Source: Polyangiaceae bacterium
Lineage (GTDB): Bacteria; Myxococcota_A; Polyangia; Polyangiales; Polyangiaceae
Assembly: GCA_050287085.1 (NCBI GenBank)
Contig: JBNKBE010000012.1
Location: forward strand, 1-64,000
Reading direction: 5' to 3'
DNA: 64,000 nucleotides
Below the pieces are notes generated by a model. It made no database searches and was not told the DNA's origin. It worked only from the letters and a program-made list of their open reading frames with translations. Below, piece after piece: positions 59,598-64,000 of this stretch (position 1 is its first letter; each line of letters opens with the position of its first letter). A program made the translations under genes and the position numbers.

Positions 59598-59773
59598 AGC
59601 AATTGCCGGTTTGGGTCACCGCGACTATTGGCCACCGCGGTTCTGGAGGGTTCTGGACAGCGCGGTTCTGGCGCTGACACGCGTGCCAGAGCTCACGGCT
59701 CCTCAGGGCCGTTCGTTGTACCCCCCGCGGGCCTTGTCAGATGGAGCCATAACACCAAAAGAAGCCAAAACGT

Positions 59774-59806
59774 CAGAAAGCCCCCCGACATCGGAAGGGC
59801 ATTCTG
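59774..59806 (-). terminator. Probable intrinsic terminator of katG
   Basis: Minus-strand GC hairpin GCCCTTCCG-ATGT-CGGGGGGC followed by TTTCTGACGTTTT, about 30 nt after the katG stop. Confidence 0.6.
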
Positions 59807-59834
59807 CGTTCTCCAACAACGGAATCTTCTGCTT

Positions 59835-62156
59835 CTAGCGGGACGCCAAGTCGAATCGATCTAGCCGCATTACCTTCACCCATGCCGCCACGAAGTCACG
59901 CACGAATCGCTCCTTCGCATCGTCAGCGGCGTATACCTCGACCAGTGCGCGCAGTTGCGCGTTTGAGCCGAACACCAAGTCCACGGCAGTGCCGGTCCAC
60001 TTCACGGCCCCCGTCTTGCGATCGACGGCTTCATAGGTCGCGCCACTGCCTTTTCTCCACTCCACGCTGATATCGACCAGGTTCAGGAAGAAGTCGTTGC
60101 TCAACGTGCCCGGCCGCTCCGTCAGCACCCCCAAGCGGGAGCCGTCGTAGTTGGTGTCCAGCACGCGGAGACCCGCCACCAGAACGCTCATTTCCGGCGC
60201 CGTCAGGGTCAACGCGTCAGCCTTGTCCACGAGCATCGCGGCCGCGACCACGTCTTCAGCTCCCCCAAGGTAGTTGCGAAAGCCGTCGGACTTTGGCTCG
60301 AGCACAGCAAACGATTCCACATCGGTCATTTCTTGCGTGGCATCGCTGCGCCCGGGCGCAAACGGAACAGTCACCGGCGTGCCCCCTTTGCGCGCGGCCT
60401 CTTCAATCGCTGCACTCCCCGAGAGCACAATCATGTCAGCCAGCGAGATCTTCCGCCCTCCCGCCGCAGAGTTGAAGCGCTCCCGGATTTGCTCGAGCAC
60501 AGGCAGCACCTTGCCAAACTCTGCTGGCTGGTTGATGGCCCAATCCTTTTGCGGCGCAAGACGCAAGCGAGCTCCGTTCGCACCGCCCCGCATGTCGGTA
60601 TCGCGGTAGGTGGACGCCGAGGCCCAGGCCACTTTGACCAACTGCGGAATCGTAAGGCCGGAAGCTAGCACCTGCTGTTTGAGTGCAGCAACGTCCGCGG
60701 CGGTGACCAACGCATGCTCGACCTTGGGCACTGGATCTTGCCATAGCTGCGGCTCTGGCACGTCGCTTCCGAGCAGACGGCTTGGGGGCCCCATGTCGCG
60801 ATGGGTCAGCTTGAACCAAGCGCGGGCAAATGCCGCTTCGAATTGCTTGGGGTCGTCATGGAATCGCTGGGAGATAGCCCGGTACTTCGGGTCTTTTATC
60901 AACGCCAAGTCGGTGGTGAACATCATTGGCTTGTGAGTCTTGCTCGGATCGTGGGCATCCGGCACCACCGCCGCGGCCCCCTTGGGCGTCCACTGTTGCG
61001 CCCCTCCCGGACTCTTCGTCAGCTCCCATTCGTAGCGGAATAGGTTCCCAAAGTAGTCGTGGGACCACTTGGCAGGCGTCATCGTCCAAGCGCCTTCCAA
61101 ACCGCTGGTCACGGTATCTGCGCCATTGCCGGTACCGCACTTATTCTTCCAGCCAAGCCCCTGCTCTTCCAACGGCGCAGCTTCCGGCTCCGCACCGACA
61201 CATTCGCTCGGCTTGTGCGCCCCATGCGCCTTGCCCAGTGTGTGGCCGCCCGCGATCAGAGCAACGGTTTCCTCGTCGTTCATCGCCATGCGCCCAAATG
61301 CGATGCGGATATGCTTAGCTGCTGCCAGCGGGTCAGCGTTGCCGTGAGGGCCTTCCGGATTGACATAGATGAGGCCCATCTGCGTCGCGCCAAAAGGACG
61401 CTCCAACTTGCCGTCTTTGGTGAAGCGTTGGTCTGCTAGCCACTCGGTTTCCGGCCCCCAGTTGATGTCGGTGGGCTCGTATATGTCTACGCGCCCGCCT
61501 CCGAAACCCAAGGTCTGAAAGCCCATTGATTCGAGCGCAACATTGCCCGACAGCACCATCAGGTCGGCCCACGAGAGACTGCGGCCGTACTTCTTCTTGA
61601 TCGGCCAAAGCAGACGACGGGCCTTGTCGAGATTGGCGTTGTCCGGCCAACTGTTGAGGGGCGCGAAACGAATGGCCCCGTCCGCCGAGCCTCCGCGCCC
61701 GTCGGTGATGCGATAGGTGCCGGAACTGTGCCACGCGAGTCGTATCATCAGGCCACCGTAGTGCCCAAAGTCCGCTGGCCACCAATCCTGCGACGTCGTG
61801 AGAACCTGCTCGATGTCCCGCTTCAGCGCCTGAAGATCTATTTTCTCGAATTCCTTTGCGTAGTCAAATGCGGAATCTACTGGATCACCCTTAGGCGCGT
61901 TGGCTTTGAGGACCCGGAGATCCAGTCGATTCGGCCACCAATCGTCGTTGCCATACGCCCTATGCCCCTCGTAGTTCGGAGCCCCGTGCGCCACTGCGCC
62001 AGTCGCGGGCGTTTCGGGAGCGCTTTGAGCCGCCGGCGTACACGCCCACGGAGCTATCGCCAGAGCGACGACAAGGCTCCCAAGAGACGTTCGTGGAGTT
62101 CGTGAAGCGGCCCGAGTGCGCGAGCTGCCGATATTCGAGTTCGTCTTGTGCTGCAT
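59835..62156 (-). CDS. katG: Catalase-peroxidase with N-terminal export signal
   Basis: [57 protein letters not shown]; start re-set to MQHKTN. Confidence 0.97.
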   Translation of the reverse strand: MQHKTNSNIGSSRTRAASRTPRTSLGSLVVALAIAPWACTPAAQSAPETPATGAVAHGAPNYEGHRAYGNDDWWPNRLDLRVLKANAPKGDPVDSAFDYAKEFEKIDLQALKRDIEQVLTTSQDWWPADFGHYGGLMIRLAWHSSGTYRITDGRGGSADGAIRFAPLNSWPDNANLDKARRLLWPIKKKYGRSLSWADLMVLSGNVALESMGFQTLGFGGGRVDIYEPTDINWGPETEWLADQRFTKDGKLERPFGATQMGLIYVNPEGPHGNADPLAAAKHIRIAFGRMAMNDEETVALIAGGHTLGKAHGAHKPSECVGAEPEAAPLEEQGLGWKNKCGTGNGADTVTSGLEGAWTMTPAKWSHDYFGNLFRYEWELTKSPGGAQQWTPKGAAAVVPDAHDPSKTHKPMMFTTDLALIKDPKYRAISQRFHDDPKQFEAAFARAWFKLTHRDMGPPSRLLGSDVPEPQLWQDPVPKVEHALVTAADVAALKQQVLASGLTIPQLVKVAWASASTYRDTDMRGGANGARLRLAPQKDWAINQPAEFGKVLPVLEQIRERFNSAAGGRKISLADMIVLSGSAAIEEAARKGGTPVTVPFAPGRSDATQEMTDVESFAVLEPKSDGFRNYLGGAEDVVAAAMLVDKADALTLTAPEMSVLVAGLRVLDTNYDGSRLGVLTERPGTLSNDFFLNLVDISVEWRKGSGATYEAVDRKTGAVKWTGTAVDLVFGSNAQLRALVEVYAADDAKERFVRDFVAAWVKVMRLDRFDLASR

Positions 62157-62341
62157 GGTTCGACCCATTCTCCTTAGAATTTTCTCTTCACACCGCATAC
62201 AGTGCCCACCCCATCAGCAGATGGCGCGGCTGTTCATCTCAGGTGCGATCTTCCGGGGCAAAGCCAACGTTTGCCGTTTGCAGCCACCCAACGGCTGGGA
62301 GCTTGCTTGACGATAGTGTCAGCAGGGCGTCGCACGATCCA

Positions 62342-62378
62342 AGACATGATTCGGATGACGGTAATAGTCCTGGGCTAT
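62342..62378 (-). promoter_or_regulatory. Putative OxyR binding site upstream of katG
   Basis: Minus strand ATAG-N7-CTAT-N7-ATCC-N7-GTCT; first half matches the ATAG-N7-CTAT consensus exactly, second half is degenerate. Confidence 0.55.
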
Positions 62379-62619
62379 CAGGCGGAGCGGAGCTACTTGG
62401 CCAGCAGAAGGTTCACCATCGGAAGCCGACCGCCACAGCGCGCAGGCTGTCCTGCAGAAACGCCGAGAAAGGGCTGGGTGATGAACAGGCTCCGCGCCGC
62501 CGAAGGCGTCTTGGCCTTCGCTCTCATCCGCACCCCAGACGGTCGACGGACGATGCCAAGCAAGCGGAGATACGCAAAGCGGGGTTGCAACTTCAGGTTC
62601 AATATGCAACGGCATCGGC

Positions 62620-63051
62620 ATGCGGAGAGCAGAATCCAGCTTCCGGCGCAGGGCGGGGCTCTGCGCTGTTCTTGCAGCGGCGCTGGCTCACAGCTGCACC
62701 CTCGACGTGGATCCGATTGGCGAGACCGACGATGAGTCGGCTGCTAGCGACAATGAGTCGGCTACCAGCACCGGTGTCAAAGAACAGAAAGAGTGCGCCG
62801 ACTACTGCCGCGCTCGCGAGGCAAAGGGTTGCGCAGGCCTCACATCCACTTGCACAGCGGTATGCAATGCGTCTTTCTTCGCGGCCGAAAACCAGGGCGC
62901 GTGTTCGACATTGGCGCTCGAAGCAGAGCGGTGCTCGCACTCCGCCGAGGTCGTGGAGCTGGGATGCAAACCCAAATCCAGCGAGGTCGACGCGCTGTGC
63001 GAAGAATCAGAGAAGGCACTTGAGGCGTGCATGGCGGAGCGCGACGGCTAA
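62620..63051 (+). CDS. Small Cys-rich lipoprotein
   Basis: Signal ending AHSC; 10 Cys in the mature part with CxxxC spacing. Confidence 0.65.
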   Translation: MRRAESSFRRRAGLCAVLAAALAHSCTLDVDPIGETDDESAASDNESATSTGVKEQKECADYCRAREAKGCAGLTSTCTAVCNASFFAAENQGACSTLALEAERCSHSAEVVELGCKPKSSEVDALCEESEKALEACMAERDG

Positions 63052-63134
63052 CGCGGAACTTCGTTCGGGAGTGGCAGGCCCCGCCACGCTTTTTTCGTTG
63101 GCCCCCAGGCGTGCGTCGACTACCGGGGAAGCCC

Positions 63135-64000
63135 ATGGCGGTGCACATCGCGTATCCATCAACGCTCCCCGTATCACAACGAGCCGACGACATCCGAGCG
63201 GCGCTACGCGAACACCAAGTCGTCATCGTGGCTGGAGCCACCGGTTCGGGCAAGACGACGCAGCTACCCAAACTCGCCTTCGAGGTCCGGGAGTCTCTGC
63301 TCACGCCCGCGGCGCTGGATGTAGTCCCAGAGCCAAGGCCGAAGGCTGAAAGCGAAACGACGAGCGAGCCACAGCGCGGCCGACAGCGACGCGATGCAAC
63401 TGTTCCGACGCTGGTTGGCATAACTCAGCCCCGCAGATTGGCCGCCACCAGCGTTGCCGCACGCGTTGCTGAGGAGCTTCGATGTGAGCTGGGGCGCGAG
63501 GTGGGGTACCAGATCCGTTTCGAAGATCGGACGTCGCAGGACACGCGGCTGAAGTTCATGACGGATGGGATCTTGCTGGCTGAGCTCCAAAGCGATCCAC
63601 TGCTTCGACGCTACCACACGCTGATCATTGACGAGGCCCACGAGCGAGGACTGACCGTAGACTTCCTGCTCGGCTGGCTGAAACTCGTCCTTCCGCGGCG
63701 CCCGGACCTCAAGCTGATCGTTAGCTCAGCAACAATCGAGACGCATCGCTTCTCAGAGTTCTTTGGCCGGGCTCCCGTAATCGAGGTGATGGGACGCACG
63801 TTCCCGGTCGACGTGCTCTACGAGCCCCCAGATCAGGAACTCGATCTGGCGGACGCCGTCGCCAACTCCGTCTCCGAATTGGCGGCTCTCGATCCCGAAG
63901 GAGACTTCCTGGTGTTCCTGCCAGGTGAACGTGAGATATCGCAGGCCGAGCGCGCCTTATTGGCAAAGAACTTGCACAACACGGAGATCCTCCCGCTCTT
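63135..64000 (+). CDS. hrpA: ATP-dependent DEAH RNA helicase HrpA, N-terminal part only
   Basis: Not in ORF track (open at window end). Manual translation gives GATGSGKTTQLPK, TQPRRLAA, VGYQIRF, MTDGILL, DEAHER, SAT, GRTFPV, FLPGEREI. Confidence 0.92.
   Translation, partial: MAVHIAYPSTLPVSQRADDIRAALREHQVVIVAGATGSGKTTQLPKLAFEVRESLLTPAALDVVPEPRPKAESETTSEPQRGRQRRDATVPTLVGITQPRRLAATSVAARVAEELRCELGREVGYQIRFEDRTSQDTRLKFMTDGILLAELQSDPLLRRYHTLIIDEAHERGLTVDFLLGWLKLVLPRRPDLKLIVSSATIETHRFSEFFGRAPVIEVMGRTFPVDVLYEPPDQELDLADAVANSVSELAALDPEGDFLVFLPGEREISQAERALLAKNLHNTEILPL

Noticed and set aside
59690..59760. Hammerhead ribozyme or group II intron domain V
   Set aside because: CTGA motifs are present, but the GAAA core and the domain V pairing are missing.
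62093..63349. 418-aa plus-strand ORF
   Set aside because: Overlaps katG, the Cys-rich lipoprotein and hrpA in other frames; Arg/Ser-rich with no motifs.

Overview
GC-rich bacterial chromosomal segment, most consistent with a myxobacterium (Polyangiaceae/Sorangiineae-like). This is inferred from RomR- and SgmX-like polarity genes, a sigma-54 promoter, a DUF1552 protein and many lipoproteins with Gly/Ala-rich linkers. There are about 47 credible CDSs, two of them cut by the window edges. Housekeeping and stress genes include lysA, pdxA, tldD, pcp, a dipeptide epimerase, skp, an alpha2-type glycyl-tRNA synthetase, oxyR, katG and hrpA. Signalling genes include a PAS hybrid kinase/CheY/CheC trio, an atypical OmpR-family regulator and a membrane CheA-like kinase without a CheW domain. 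Also present are a MacB/FtsX-type exporter, a GT4+GH92 pair and a 12 kb run of lipoprotein-tethered carbohydrate-active enzymes. The best candidate for an undescribed system lies directly behind romR: a lasso-cyclase-like asparagine synthetase homolog plus a precursor with a canonical lasso leader. Its predicted core (FTKQGPENEFPQGGSGG) unusually starts with Phe and ends in a Gly-rich tail, and no RRE or leader-peptidase gene is visible in the window. A sigma-54-driven operon of two beta-propeller lipoproteins and an outer-membrane beta-barrel is a second candidate. No rRNA, tRNA, CRISPR array or transposase was recognised. All family calls come from motif recognition by eye; no database searches were run.
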